32,000 bases of DNA, taken from Nitratidesulfovibrio vulgaris str. Hildenborough (GTDB taxonomy: Bacteria > Desulfobacterota > Desulfovibrionia > Desulfovibrionales > Desulfovibrionaceae). The stretch spans positions 570,001 to 602,000 of the forward strand of contig NC_002937.3 of the NCBI RefSeq assembly GCF_000195755.1, in the 5' to 3' direction. Both the position numbers and the translations under genes were made by a program. Shown piece after piece: positions 17,337-26,964 of this stretch; within the stretch, counting starts at the first letter, position 1; every line of letters begins with the position of its first letter. The notes beneath the pieces are model-generated. The model ran no database searches and was not told the origin of the DNA. It saw only the letters and a program-made list of their open reading frames with translations.

Positions 17337-18311
17337 ATGAGGCGAAGCGGATTACTTGTGGCTGCGTGCATGGCGTTTGTGTTGTGCGGCGTGGTCGCGG
17401 TGCTGGCTGCCACCGGGGATGCAGGATGGCGCATACGGTTGCGCGAAGCCGCCGTGGTGGCGGGTCCGACGGTGCTTCTCGGCGAGGTGGCCGACCCCGT
17501 GGGCGAGATGCCCGCCGCGGTGTGGCGCGACCTCGCGGCACGTCCGCTGTGGGCAGCCCCCGCCGACGCCGGGCGTCCCATGATCGTCAACAAGGTGCGA
17601 CTTGGCGAGGCGTTGCGGGCGGCGCTGGGTGCCACGGCAGACAGCTGCCTGCTTCCGCCGTCCATGGCGTTGCAGCGTGGCGGGGCCGTGTTGCGCGAGG
17701 GCGACCTGCGCGACATCGTCGTCAGAACCATGACGCCGCAACTGGCGTCCATGGGGGGCGAGGCTTCGTTCTCCGATTTCAGGCTTCCGCCCTTCGCCTT
17801 TCTGGAACACCCGCAGCAGAAGGTGATTCTCGAACCGTTGCAGCCCGCGCCCGGCAGACTTTCGTTGCGCTTCGCCGTGCTGGAGATGGACGGCGCCGTG
17901 GTGCGTCGCTTCACGGGCACGGCGTTTCTGGATGTGTGGCTCACGGTCCCCTGCGCCGCCCAGCCCCTCAACCGGGGGGACAGGCTCGAAGTCGAAAAGG
18001 TCACGTGGATGCGAAAGAATATCGCGCACCTGCGGGCCGCTCCGTGGGATGGCCGGGGCGGGCCGTGGCAATTGCAGCGTCCTGTGGGGGCAGGGCAGGT
18101 GGTCTATCAGGACGACGTGGCCCCCAACCCGGCGGTGACCCGTGGCGGAATCGTGACACTGGTGTACGAGTCGCCAGCCTTGCGTCTTGCCGTACAGGGC
18201 GAGGCCCTGGCGGACGGAATGCCCGGTGAGACCATTCAGGTGCGCAATTTGCAAAGCAGAAAGCAGGTGTACGCCACCGTCCGCGACGGAAGCACCGTGG
18301 TGGTCAGGTAG
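17337..18311 (+). CDS. flgA: Flagellar P-ring assembly chaperone FlgA, 324 aa, with signal peptide
   Basis: N-terminal hydrophobic signal sequence. The C-terminal region (GIVTLVYESPALRLAVQGEALADGMPGETIQVRNLQSRKQVYATV) is typical of FlgA. Position between flgG and flgH. Confidence 0.8.
   Translation: MRRSGLLVAACMAFVLCGVVAVLAATGDAGWRIRLREAAVVAGPTVLLGEVADPVGEMPAAVWRDLAARPLWAAPADAGRPMIVNKVRLGEALRAALGATADSCLLPPSMALQRGGAVLREGDLRDIVVRTMTPQLASMGGEASFSDFRLPPFAFLEHPQQKVILEPLQPAPGRLSLRFAVLEMDGAVVRRFTGTAFLDVWLTVPCAAQPLNRGDRLEVEKVTWMRKNIAHLRAAPWDGRGGPWQLQRPVGAGQVVYQDDVAPNPAVTRGGIVTLVYESPALRLAVQGEALADGMPGETIQVRNLQSRKQVYATVRDGSTVVVR
18238..18253 (+). promoter_or_regulatory. Candidate internal sigma54-type promoter inside the flgA 3' end, upstream of flgH
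   Basis: AGGTGCG-CAAT-TTGCA with exact GG-N10-GC spacing. It shares the TTGCAAAGCAG block with the elements at 15642 and 21891, and lies on rare codons AAT TTG CAA AGC AGA. Confidence 0.35.
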
Positions 18312-18329
18312 GCGCACGGAGGATTGACG

Positions 18330-19046
18330 ATGATACGCAAGACACTGGCCGCCAGTTGCGCGGTGCTGCTCATGGCCGGGTGCAACGCCGCGCGGCAGCA
18401 GGCATCGCCCCTGCCACCGGTGGCCCCGCCCCAGACCTATGTCGAGCCGGAACAGGCGGCTGCGAATCCCGGTTCCATGTTCAACGACGCCGAGGCCGAC
18501 CTCATGTTCTCCGACAGCCGTGCGCGGCGTGTCGGTGACATCGTGCTGGTGAAGATCGTCGAGAACGCCAAGGCCAAGAACAAGGCCGACACCACGTCAG
18601 AACGCGATTCGACCAACAACTATACCGTAGGGGCCTACTTCGGACAGGACAGCGCGTCCATCAACCCCATGAACCCCGTGGGTGCGTTCGGGGGCAAGGT
18701 GGGCACCAACGCCCTGTTGCAGACCGGGTCGAAGAGCAAACTCGACGGCAAGGGCGAGACCAAGCGCGAGAACACCGTCACCGCTACCATCGCTGCACGC
18801 GTGGTTCGCGTGATGCCGGGCGGCCTTCTGCAGGTGGAGGGCGCGCGCGAGACGCGCGTCAACGACGAGACGCAGTACATCGTCTTGAGCGGCCTTGTCC
18901 GTTCGCGTGACGTGGCCAGCGACAACTCGGTCATGTCCACCCAGCTGGCCGATTCGCGCATCGCCTACTACGGCAAGGGTGTCCTTGCCGACAAGCAGCG
19001 TCCCGGCTGGTTCTCACGCCTCATGGACAACCTCTGGCCCTTCTAG
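18330..19046 (+). CDS. flgH: Flagellar L-ring lipoprotein FlgH, 238 aa
   Basis: Lipobox LLMAGC. The rest is FlgH-like (GDIVLVKIVENAKA...TATIAARVVRVMPGGLLQVEG...LADSRIAYYGKG). GGAGGA lies 6 nt upstream of the ATG at 18330. The ORF-track start at 18324 is a TTG. Confidence 0.92.
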   Translation: MIRKTLAASCAVLLMAGCNAARQQASPLPPVAPPQTYVEPEQAAANPGSMFNDAEADLMFSDSRARRVGDIVLVKIVENAKAKNKADTTSERDSTNNYTVGAYFGQDSASINPMNPVGAFGGKVGTNALLQTGSKSKLDGKGETKRENTVTATIAARVVRVMPGGLLQVEGARETRVNDETQYIVLSGLVRSRDVASDNSVMSTQLADSRIAYYGKGVLADKQRPGWFSRLMDNLWPF

Positions 19047-19052
19047 GAGCGC

Positions 19053-20192
19053 ATGATGTCGTTGTTTGACCGTCCTGCCCGTTGGCAGGGGGTGTGGCCC
19101 CTTCTCCTTGCCGTGGCGTTGTCCACGTTGCTTCCGCTGGCCATGCCGGGAAGCGCCGGGGCCGTGCGCATCAAGGACATCGCCACCTTCTCGGGTGTGC
19201 GCGACAACCAGCTTGTGGGCTACGGACTCGTGGTGGGCCTTGGCGGTACGGGTGACAAGAAGGAGTCGGTGTTCACCGTCAGTTCCATGGTCAACATGCT
19301 CGAACGCATGGGCGTGGCCGTCGACCCCAAGCAACTCAAACCCAAGAACGTGGCTTCGGTGATGGTCACGGCGCGCATGCCTGTCTCCGCAAAGCCGGGC
19401 GCGCGTCTCGATGTCACCGTGTCATCCATGGGTGACGCCACAAGCCTTCTGGGCGGCGTGCTGTTGCAGACCCCGCTCAAGGGTGTCGACGGCAAGATAT
19501 ACGGCCTCGCGCAAGGCTCGCTCGCCCTCGGTGGTTTCTCCGCCGAAGGGCAGGCGGCGCGCGCGCAGAAGAACATCACCACGGTGGGGCTCATCCCCGG
19601 CGGGGCCATCATCGAACGTGGCGTGCCCTTCGAGTTCAACCAGCAGGACAGGCTCACGCTGAACCTGTCCACCGCAGACTTCTCCACGGCCCAGCAGGTG
19701 GCCGAACGGCTCAACGCCGCCATGGGCGGGCGCTACGCCAACGCCGTAGACGCCTCGACCGTGGCCATGGACGTGCCCCCCAACTATCGCGGCAATCTCG
19801 TGCCGTTGATGGCGTCGGTCGAGAACATCGAGGTCGCCCCCGACGCTCCTGCGCGGGTGGTGGTGGACGAGAAGACCGGAACCGTGGTGCTTGGGCGCGA
19901 TGTGCGCATATCCCGCGTGGCCGTTGCCCATGGCAGTCTGCAGGTCACCGTGCAGGAGTCGCAGCAGGTGTCGCAGCCCGCCCCCTTCAGTCAGGGGCAG
20001 ACGGTGGTCACACCGCAGACCAACGTGAACGTACGCGAGGAGAACCGCCGGCTGATGATGATCGAAGGCGCCACGTTGCAGGAACTGGTCGATGGGCTCA
20101 ATGCCATAGGCGCCACGCCTCGTGACCTCATCTCCATATTGAGGGCCATGAAGGCTGCGGGCGCGTTGCACGCCGAACTCGAGGTCATCTGA
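19053..20192 (+). CDS. flgI: Flagellar P-ring protein FlgI, 379 aa
   Basis: Signal peptide followed by [30 protein letters not shown], and a C-terminal [21 protein letters not shown]. Confidence 0.95.
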   Translation: MMSLFDRPARWQGVWPLLLAVALSTLLPLAMPGSAGAVRIKDIATFSGVRDNQLVGYGLVVGLGGTGDKKESVFTVSSMVNMLERMGVAVDPKQLKPKNVASVMVTARMPVSAKPGARLDVTVSSMGDATSLLGGVLLQTPLKGVDGKIYGLAQGSLALGGFSAEGQAARAQKNITTVGLIPGGAIIERGVPFEFNQQDRLTLNLSTADFSTAQQVAERLNAAMGGRYANAVDASTVAMDVPPNYRGNLVPLMASVENIEVAPDAPARVVVDEKTGTVVLGRDVRISRVAVAHGSLQVTVQESQQVSQPAPFSQGQTVVTPQTNVNVREENRRLMMIEGATLQELVDGLNAIGATPRDLISILRAMKAAGALHAELEVI

Positions 20193-20193
20193 T

Positions 20194-22026
20194 ATGACTG
20201 CCCCGCTCACCGACCCCTCGCTGGCGCGCGCCGCCAGCCAGCAGGACGACCTCGTCGCCCGCAAGCGGAGTCTCGACGCCCTGCGGCAGCGCGTCGGCGC
20301 ACAGCCCGACAAGGCCAAGAAGCTGCGTGAGGCCTGTGAGGGGTTCGAGTCGGTGTTCCTGCAGAAGGTCTGGGAGCAGATGCGCACCACGGTGCCCAAG
20401 GAAGGCTACCTGCACAGCCGTGAAGAGCAGTTCTGGCAGTCCATGTTCGATCAGGAACTGGCGAAGAAGATGTCCTCTGCGGGGGGTATCGGCCTCGCCG
20501 ACATGCTCTACGACCAGCTTTCGTCCACCCTGTTGAGTGCAAGCCGCCGTAGCGCAGCGCAGGGGACGCATGATGCCGTGCCGGTGGACCCCGTGTCGGC
20601 ATTGCCGGAACGTGGGGCGGGGCAGACCGCGTCCGTCGTATCGGGAGGTGACGCCACTGCCGGTGCCGCGAAGCCGGGTGAGGCCTCTGCCGCTGCGGGT
20701 GCTTCGGCCCCCTTGTACGCGCCTCTTTCCGACGCCGCCCATGGGCAGCCGACTTCCGCAGCCGAGGGTGCCATGGGAGGAATGACGACGGGGCAACCTG
20801 CGCCGCCCGTGCCATCTGCCTCGTCCGCGTCGTCACCGGCGTCTTCGGCGAATGCGGCAGACGCCGGTCACGCCAGCCCGGTAGCGGCTGCCGGAGAGGC
20901 CTCCACCCCCGCAGTGCCTCTCTCGCCCGACCAGCAGGCCGTGTTGCAGCGCGAATTGGCCGCCTACGCCCGTCAGGTCGCAGCACAGCGCAGTGCCGCA
21001 CCTGCTGCGGGAACAACCGACACGGAACAGGTAGCCACTGGTGCGGCCGTAGCCGCCGCAGGGCCGACCGCCGCCTCCGGCCCCGAATCTGCCACGACCT
21101 CCCCGGCTGCCACGATTCCTCCGGCTGGGCACGACGCAGCGCGCGCCGCGCGTTCGGCCGGTGCCGATTTCATGACCCCGCCGCCCGTGGTGCGAAGCCC
21201 GCGCAACGGTCGCCCCGACATCCCCACCACCTACCGCCGCAATGCGGGCCGCCGTACCGACACGGCCAGCCCCGCAGTGACAGGGCCTCGCGTTCCTTCG
21301 GGGCAGCCCGTGACGCGCCGCCCGGGTATGACGCCCGCGGAAGGTGCGCAGGCGGTGCAGAACGCCGCGTCTACGTTCGCGCCGTCTGCGGCAGCGGCAC
21401 AGGGCGTGCCGGCACCTTCGGCCCCGCAGCCTCCGACGCTGCCGGGTGTACCGGCTTACACTCCCGGCGTTCCGGGTATGGTGACGCCCCCACAGGGCGC
21501 GACGCAGCCTGTACCGCCGGTCGCATCACCGCCTTCCTCTCCCGCGGGCGCACCCGTGGGAATGCCCGCGACGCGTCTTGCCTCGCCCGTGGGTGGGCCC
21601 GCCCCCGCCCCCCTGCCGGGACGTCTCGCATGGCCGGTGGCAGGGCATATCTCCGAAGGTTTCGGCTGGCGTAGCGACCCGGTCACGGGAGAACGTGCAT
21701 GGCACCCCGGCGTCGACCTCGCCGCCGCCGAGGGTTCACCCGTGCGGGCCTGCTGGGATGGCAAGGTCGTGTTCGCAGGGGAACAGGGCGACTACGGCAA
21801 TCTCGTCGTCGTGGAACACGCGGGTGGATGGCGTAGCTACTATGGTCACAACGCGGCACTCTCGGTCCGTGCGGGTGATGTCGTCGCCTCCGGTTCGGAA
21901 CTTGCAAAAGCAGGGGCGACAGGGCGCGCCAACGGCCCTCACGTCCATTTCGAAGTGCGACTCGGCGAACTGGCCCTCAACCCGGAGACCTTGGCAGGCA
22001 AGGGGAACGCGCCATCAGCCAGCTGA
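20194..22026 (+). CDS. flgJ: FlgJ-like rod-binding protein fused to a C-terminal M23 metallopeptidase through a Pro/Ala/Ser-rich linker of about 365 aa, 610 aa total
   Basis: N-terminal FlgJ rod-binding motif (ACEGFESVFLQKVWEQMR...FWQSMFDQELAKKMS...GIGLADMLYDQL). The C-terminal M23 domain has HPGVD and GPHVHFE metal-binding motifs. The ATG lies 1 nt after the flgI stop. Confidence 0.85.
   Translation: MTAPLTDPSLARAASQQDDLVARKRSLDALRQRVGAQPDKAKKLREACEGFESVFLQKVWEQMRTTVPKEGYLHSREEQFWQSMFDQELAKKMSSAGGIGLADMLYDQLSSTLLSASRRSAAQGTHDAVPVDPVSALPERGAGQTASVVSGGDATAGAAKPGEASAAAGASAPLYAPLSDAAHGQPTSAAEGAMGGMTTGQPAPPVPSASSASSPASSANAADAGHASPVAAAGEASTPAVPLSPDQQAVLQRELAAYARQVAAQRSAAPAAGTTDTEQVATGAAVAAAGPTAASGPESATTSPAATIPPAGHDAARAARSAGADFMTPPPVVRSPRNGRPDIPTTYRRNAGRRTDTASPAVTGPRVPSGQPVTRRPGMTPAEGAQAVQNAASTFAPSAAAAQGVPAPSAPQPPTLPGVPAYTPGVPGMVTPPQGATQPVPPVASPPSSPAGAPVGMPATRLASPVGGPAPAPLPGRLAWPVAGHISEGFGWRSDPVTGERAWHPGVDLAAAEGSPVRACWDGKVVFAGEQGDYGNLVVVEHAGGWRSYYGHNAALSVRAGDVVASGSELAKAGATGRANGPHVHFEVRLGELALNPETLAGKGNAPSAS
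21891..21906 (+). promoter_or_regulatory. Candidate internal sigma54-type promoter inside the flgJ 3' end, upstream of flgN-flgK-flgL-csrA-fliW
   Basis: CGGTTCG-GAAC-TTGCA with exact GG-N10-GC spacing. The following TTGCAAAAGCAgGGGCGA matches 17 of 18 positions of the flgF-upstream element. It lies on five consecutive A/T-ending codons. Confidence 0.35.
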
Positions 22027-22049
22027 TGCACCCATGACGGAGGTAGACC

Positions 22050-22514
22050 ATGTACGACAGCATCCACGGCAATCTTGTCCGGCAATCACGGGCCATGGCC
22101 TTGCTGCTGACGCTGCTTGAGGAAGAGTTTTCCCTGCTTCAGGCCCGCGACAGCGAAGCGGTGATGGGCCTTGAGCTCTCCATCCACGAACTCATGCGCC
22201 AGCTGGCCGCCGAACGCTGCGAAGTCAGGGCGATGCTGGATGGCGGTCGTGTGCTCGACTATGCGGCCCTGCTGCCCGAAGGTCAGGGCGATGCCCTGCG
22301 TACTGTCATGGCTGAACTTGACGCCACGGAACAGCGCTGCGCCCGTCAGGCGTCGTTCAACGCCGACCTCACGCTGGCACTGCTCGACCAGAGTCAGGAG
22401 CTTCTCGACTACCTGCATCGTCGTCTCGTGCCCCCCAAGCCCGTCGCCTATGGCAGACGCGGCACCGTCGCGCCCCAGCGCGTCGAGGCCGCCATCATCC
22501 ACGGGAGGCTGTGA
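22050..22514 (+). CDS. flgN: FlgN-family flagellar export chaperone, 154 aa
   Basis: Helical protein of about 150 aa with an FlgN-like N-terminus (LLLTLLEEEFSLLQARDSEAV...). It sits directly upstream of flgK and overlaps it. ACGGAGG RBS. Confidence 0.65.
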   Translation: MYDSIHGNLVRQSRAMALLLTLLEEEFSLLQARDSEAVMGLELSIHELMRQLAAERCEVRAMLDGGRVLDYAALLPEGQGDALRTVMAELDATEQRCARQASFNADLTLALLDQSQELLDYLHRRLVPPKPVAYGRRGTVAPQRVEAAIIHGRL

Positions 22515-24610
22515 TGTCCATCTCCTCGCTGTTCAACCTCGGCTGGAACGCGCTCAACGGTGCACAGAGTGCCATCCAGACCACCGGCAACAACATTGCC
22601 AACGTGAATACCCCCGGGTACTCGCGTCAGGAGGTGCGCTTCGAGGAGGCTCCCACGCTGGACAAGTTCGGCGGGCAGATGGGGCAGGGCGTCTACGCCG
22701 CCGAAGTCATAAGGCATTTCAACAAGTTCCTCTTCTCGTCGTACCTCGACAAGTATTCCACCCAGCAACGGTGGGAGAAGCAGTACGAAGAACTGCAAGG
22801 GGTGGAGAACCTCTTCAACGAGGCCAACACCTCCGGCATCAACGCGGCCCTGACCACGTTCTTCAACGACTGGCAGGAACTCTCGAAGCGGCCGGACGAC
22901 AAGTCGGTGCGGGAGGCGCTGCTCGCCCATAGCGACAACCTCACCAAGCTCATCCGCAACGCCGACGACACCATGCTGCGCATGCAGCAGGAAATCGACC
23001 AGCAGATAGGGCAGGATGTGGACGCGGTGAACGACATGCTGCGCTCCATCGCCGACATCAACCGTCAGCTCAACATCCACGATGACCCGGGCCGCAACAA
23101 CGCCAACACGCTCTACGACCAGCGCGACCAACTCGTCCGCAAGCTGGCCGAGAAGCTCGACGTCACCGTGGTGGACAACGGCGGCGGCAACTACACTGTC
23201 AACACCAAGGCGGGGCAGACCCTCGTCGACGGCACGGTGGCCTATGAACTGCGCTTCGACGGGCCCAAGTCCGAGGCGCAGCTGACCACCACGTCGGCTT
23301 TCGACGGGACGCTGGAGTTCACAGGAAGCGACAGTTCGGAATACACCCTTGAAGTGGTCACGGGCGGGGCTGTCGGCACGGCCACCTACCGTGTGTCGCT
23401 CGACGGCGGGCAGACGTGGCTGAAAGATGCCGACGGCAACGAACTGCATTACACGACGCAGACGTCTCCCACCACAGAGCGGGTCAAGGGACTCGACATC
23501 TCCTTCACCGGGGCCACACAGCCCATGTCGGCGGGTGACCGGTTCACCATCACGCCCAAGAGCGGCCTGTACTGGGTGACGCCCACGCGCGACCCCCTCA
23601 ACGTGACCCCGCAGGCCCTTTCCGACGGTACGGACAACACTTCGCGCATCACGGGCGGGTCGCTTGGCGCCCTCTTCACCGTGCGGGACGACAAGATAGG
23701 CGAATACCGCGATAAACTCGACGCCTTCGCCAACACCCTCATGTGGGAAGTGAACCGCATCCATTCGCAGGGCGCGGGCCTTGAGAAACTGGCGCAGTCT
23801 GCGGGTACGACCAAGGTGCCCAACACCACGGCCTCACTCGGTTCACCCACGGCGGGCATCAATTTCCACGACCGTTTGCAGGATGGCAACATCGGCATCT
23901 ATGTCTACGACAAGACGACCGGGGCCGTGGTCAACTCCGGTTCCATCGACTTCTCGTCGGTGGTCCCGCCCGGACTCGCCAACTTCAGCAAGGACGACCA
24001 CAGCCTTCAGGATGTGGTCGACGCCATCAACAACGACGCAAAGTTCACGGGCCTCATCACCGCCAGCATCAAGGACGGCAAACTCGTGGTGGACGGTGTG
24101 GGCGACAATGTCTTCTCGTTCGGGGCCGACTCCACAGGGGTGCTTGCGGCGCTAGGCCTGAACACCTTCTTTCAGGGGTCGGGTGCCGCCGACATAGCCC
24201 TGCGTCCCGAGTTGCGCCAGAACACCGGGCTCATCAACGCCGGTCAGGTGAACGGCGCGAGCGAGGGCAACTCCGGCGACAACAACAGCGCCAAAGAGAT
24301 TGCGGCCCTCTCCACCAAGAAGGTCACTGTGTCGATGTTCAGTTCGAACTCGGGCAACCAGTCGCTTTCGGAGTTCTACAGTTCCATCGTCGCCGTGGTG
24401 GGTGCCGATACCGCCTCGGCGAAGTTCAACAAGGCCTTCCATCAGGCCATGTCCGACGACATCGACTCGCGCATGTCGTCCGTCTCCGGGGTGAACCTCG
24501 ACGAGGAGATGGCAAGCCTCGTGAAGTTCCAGCATTCGTACAAGGCCGCAGCCAAACTCGTGACCACGGCGGACGAGATGTTCCAGGTGCTGCTGAGGCT
24601 GAAGCAGTAG
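22514..24610 (+). CDS. flgK: Flagellar hook-associated protein 1 FlgK, 698 aa
   Basis: N-terminal SLFNLGWNALNGAQSAIQTTGNNIANVNTPGYSRQ and C-terminal NLDEEMASLVKFQHSYKAAAKLVTTADEMFQ. The ATG at 22514 overlaps the flgN TGA by 1 nt. GGGAGG RBS. Confidence 0.92.
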   Translation: MSISSLFNLGWNALNGAQSAIQTTGNNIANVNTPGYSRQEVRFEEAPTLDKFGGQMGQGVYAAEVIRHFNKFLFSSYLDKYSTQQRWEKQYEELQGVENLFNEANTSGINAALTTFFNDWQELSKRPDDKSVREALLAHSDNLTKLIRNADDTMLRMQQEIDQQIGQDVDAVNDMLRSIADINRQLNIHDDPGRNNANTLYDQRDQLVRKLAEKLDVTVVDNGGGNYTVNTKAGQTLVDGTVAYELRFDGPKSEAQLTTTSAFDGTLEFTGSDSSEYTLEVVTGGAVGTATYRVSLDGGQTWLKDADGNELHYTTQTSPTTERVKGLDISFTGATQPMSAGDRFTITPKSGLYWVTPTRDPLNVTPQALSDGTDNTSRITGGSLGALFTVRDDKIGEYRDKLDAFANTLMWEVNRIHSQGAGLEKLAQSAGTTKVPNTTASLGSPTAGINFHDRLQDGNIGIYVYDKTTGAVVNSGSIDFSSVVPPGLANFSKDDHSLQDVVDAINNDAKFTGLITASIKDGKLVVDGVGDNVFSFGADSTGVLAALGLNTFFQGSGAADIALRPELRQNTGLINAGQVNGASEGNSGDNNSAKEIAALSTKKVTVSMFSSNSGNQSLSEFYSSIVAVVGADTASAKFNKAFHQAMSDDIDSRMSSVSGVNLDEEMASLVKFQHSYKAAAKLVTTADEMFQVLLRLKQ

Positions 24611-24621
24611 GAGGTGGGGAG

Positions 24622-26193
24622 ATGCGCGTTTCGCAACGGATGATGTACCAGAACTTTCTGGGCAATATGAACTCGTCGCTGGCCGACCTTGTGGAGTCGA
24701 ACATCCAGTCGTCGAGTCAGAAGCAGATCAATCGCCCCTCCGACGACCCCGTGGGCATGGCGAGAGTGCTCAACTACCGGGCTTCGCTCGGTGACGTGGA
24801 GCAGTATAAGAAGAACGTGGACACGGCCAAGGGGTGGCTCAACCTCGCCGACTCGACGCTCACGAGCATGAACACCGTGCTCACACGCATCAAGGGGCTG
24901 GCCGAACAGGCCGCCACCAGCAGCGTCAGTCCCGAGAACCGCAAACAGATCAGCTTCGAGTTGCGGCAGCAGTACGAGCAGCTCATCAACCTCGCCAACA
25001 CCAAGTTCGAGAACAGGCATATCTTCGCCGGTCACAAGTACGACGAGGCTCCCTTCGTGCAAGGGTTGCAGGTGACGACGAACGACCCCAACCTCCAGTC
25101 CGCCGCACTGCCTGCGGGGACGGAGTTTTCGGTCGAGGGCGCGTCGCCGACCAGCATCATGGTGCAGTTCCTCGATTCGGGCACCGTGGGCGGGGCCACA
25201 CCGCTGAACTACCGCTTTTCCGCCGACGGCGGGGCCTCATGGCAGACGGGTACGCTTGCCGCGGCTGCCACGTCCATCGACCTCGGCACCACAGGGGTAC
25301 GCCTCAACCTGCCCAACGGGGCGACGCTGACCGCAGCCAACCCGCCCGACCCTGTGGATGCCGACAACGGTTCGCTCATCTATGTGCGCCCCACGGCACT
25401 CTACCGCGGTGACGACAACGACCTGCCCCCGCAGGTCGACGCCTACGGTGCTGCCGCCGGCACCACGGCACAGGCGCGCGGGACGTTCTCGGGTGACGTG
25501 CTGGTGAAGGTGACGAATACAGGCGGCGTGGATGTGGCCGCCCCGCCCGCCACCGTCAGCTACGCCTACAGCACCGATGGGGGCAGCAACTGGGTGGCGG
25601 CGACCTCCACCACGTCGGTGGCGAATCAGGCGACCCTCTCCATACCCGGCGGTTTTCTCACCGTGGATGTGCCAGCGGGTGACACCACGCTGGACGAAGG
25701 CCAGCAGTTTCTCGTAAGACCCCGCCGTGCCGACCTCGGTTTCGAGGTGTCGGAAGGCGAGTACATCACCGTCAACTCGGTGGGTAAGGACATCTTCGGG
25801 GGTATCTACAAGAATCCTCTCGACCCCGCTGCCACGGCACAGCCCGTGGGCGGCGGCACCACGCCCAACATGTTCGAGACGGTGGGCAGACTGGTCGCCT
25901 TCGCCGAGACGAACAATCAGGACGGCGTCCAGAAGTGCCTTGACGAACTCAACGGGGTGAGCAAGACCATACTGACGGCGGCTGCGAGCATCGGCGGGCG
26001 CGAGAACAGGCTCGATGTCGTCTCCGGGGTGCTCGACAACCAGAAGCTTGATCAGACGACACGCATGAGCGCCGTGGAGGACGTTGACTTCTCCGAACTC
26101 ATGACGCGTCTTGCGCAGGAGCAGCTCATCTACAACAGCGTCCTCAAGTCGTCGTCGATGATCATGCAGATGAACCTTTCGAACTTCCTCTAG
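24622..26193 (+). CDS. flgL: Flagellar hook-associated protein 3 FlgL, 523 aa
   Basis: Flagellin-type N-terminus ([20 protein letters not shown]) and C-terminus ([37 protein letters not shown]). AGGAGG RBS. Follows flgK. Confidence 0.88.
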   Translation: MRVSQRMMYQNFLGNMNSSLADLVESNIQSSSQKQINRPSDDPVGMARVLNYRASLGDVEQYKKNVDTAKGWLNLADSTLTSMNTVLTRIKGLAEQAATSSVSPENRKQISFELRQQYEQLINLANTKFENRHIFAGHKYDEAPFVQGLQVTTNDPNLQSAALPAGTEFSVEGASPTSIMVQFLDSGTVGGATPLNYRFSADGGASWQTGTLAAAATSIDLGTTGVRLNLPNGATLTAANPPDPVDADNGSLIYVRPTALYRGDDNDLPPQVDAYGAAAGTTAQARGTFSGDVLVKVTNTGGVDVAAPPATVSYAYSTDGGSNWVAATSTTSVANQATLSIPGGFLTVDVPAGDTTLDEGQQFLVRPRRADLGFEVSEGEYITVNSVGKDIFGGIYKNPLDPAATAQPVGGGTTPNMFETVGRLVAFAETNNQDGVQKCLDELNGVSKTILTAAASIGGRENRLDVVSGVLDNQKLDQTTRMSAVEDVDFSELMTRLAQEQLIYNSVLKSSSMIMQMNLSNFL

Positions 26194-26206
26194 GCAAGGT
26201 CGGTCC

Positions 26207-26443
26207 ATGCTCATCCTCACACGTAAGGCGGGCGAGAGCCTGCACCTTGGTGACGACATCCGCATCACCGTCCTCGGCATACAGGGGAAGCAGGTGAAGA
26301 TAGGTATCGAGGTGCCCGGCGACATGGTCGTCTACCGGGAAGAGGTGTACAGGCGCGTCATCGAAGAGAACCGTATGGCGCTCGACATCAGCAACGCAGA
26401 CCTTCTGGCGGCGACGAAGATATGGCACGGCAGAACGAAATAG
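26207..26443 (+). CDS. csrA: Carbon storage regulator CsrA, 78 aa
   Basis: [48 protein letters not shown] is nearly canonical CsrA, with the C-terminal extension typical of FliW-partnered CsrA. Confidence 0.95.
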   Translation: MLILTRKAGESLHLGDDIRITVLGIQGKQVKIGIEVPGDMVVYREEVYRRVIEENRMALDISNADLLAATKIWHGRTK

Positions 26444-26943
26444 AGATTCAGACGCGTATCGGGCGTCAGCGTATCACGCTGGACAAGATCATCCATTTCC
26501 CGCGTGGTCTTGCCGGGTTCGAGGGGCGTCACGACTTCACCCTGCTGCAATTGCGCGAGGGTGCGCCGTTTCTCGTGCTTCAGAGCCTCGACGACCCCGG
26601 ATTGGGACTCCTGGTGGCAGACCCCTACAGCTTTCTCACCGACTACCAGATTCGCGTAGGCGACCCGGAACAGCGGCTGCTGAAGCTGGAGAACATCCGG
26701 CAGGTGGCGGTGCTTGTCACCGTCTCCATCCCCGCCGGACAGCCCGAGAAGACCGCCCTCAACCTCACAGGACCCATCCTCATCAATCACCGTGCGCGCA
26801 TAGGCTTGCAGGTGCCACAGACCGACGCCTCGCTTCCTCCGCAGTTCTATCTGCACATGGACGACGCCAACGGTTCCACGACGGTGCGGCGCAAGGCGTC
26901 GCCTCCTGCCGCAGGAGAGGACAAAGGCGACGTGCAAGAATAG
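26422..26943 (+). CDS. fliW: Flagellar assembly factor FliW, 173 aa
   Basis: [20 protein letters not shown]...[20 protein letters not shown]...[19 protein letters not shown] matches the FliW family. Overlaps csrA by 22 nt. Confidence 0.92.
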   Translation: MARQNEIEIQTRIGRQRITLDKIIHFPRGLAGFEGRHDFTLLQLREGAPFLVLQSLDDPGLGLLVADPYSFLTDYQIRVGDPEQRLLKLENIRQVAVLVTVSIPAGQPEKTALNLTGPILINHRARIGLQVPQTDASLPPQFYLHMDDANGSTTVRRKASPPAAGEDKGDVQE

Positions 26944-26964
26944 GCCTCACATGCTTTTGACATA

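Noticed and set aside
22090-22105. Other GG-N10-GC matches, for example GGGCCATGGCCTTGCT inside flgN, and near-misses at about 17430, 18070 and 20070
   Set aside because: GG-N10-GC arises frequently by chance in GC-rich DNA. These hits lack the TTGCA plus A-rich extension, or have the wrong spacing by 1 nt, or sit just inside a gene start where a promoter makes no sense.
17352-26325. Several 200-440-aa minus-strand ORFs inside the flagellar cluster (for example 17352..18317, 19422..20399, 22448..23764, 25237..26325)
   Set aside because: All are antisense to well-supported flg genes. They are Arg/Gly/His/Val-rich, lack RBSs and have no domain resemblance.
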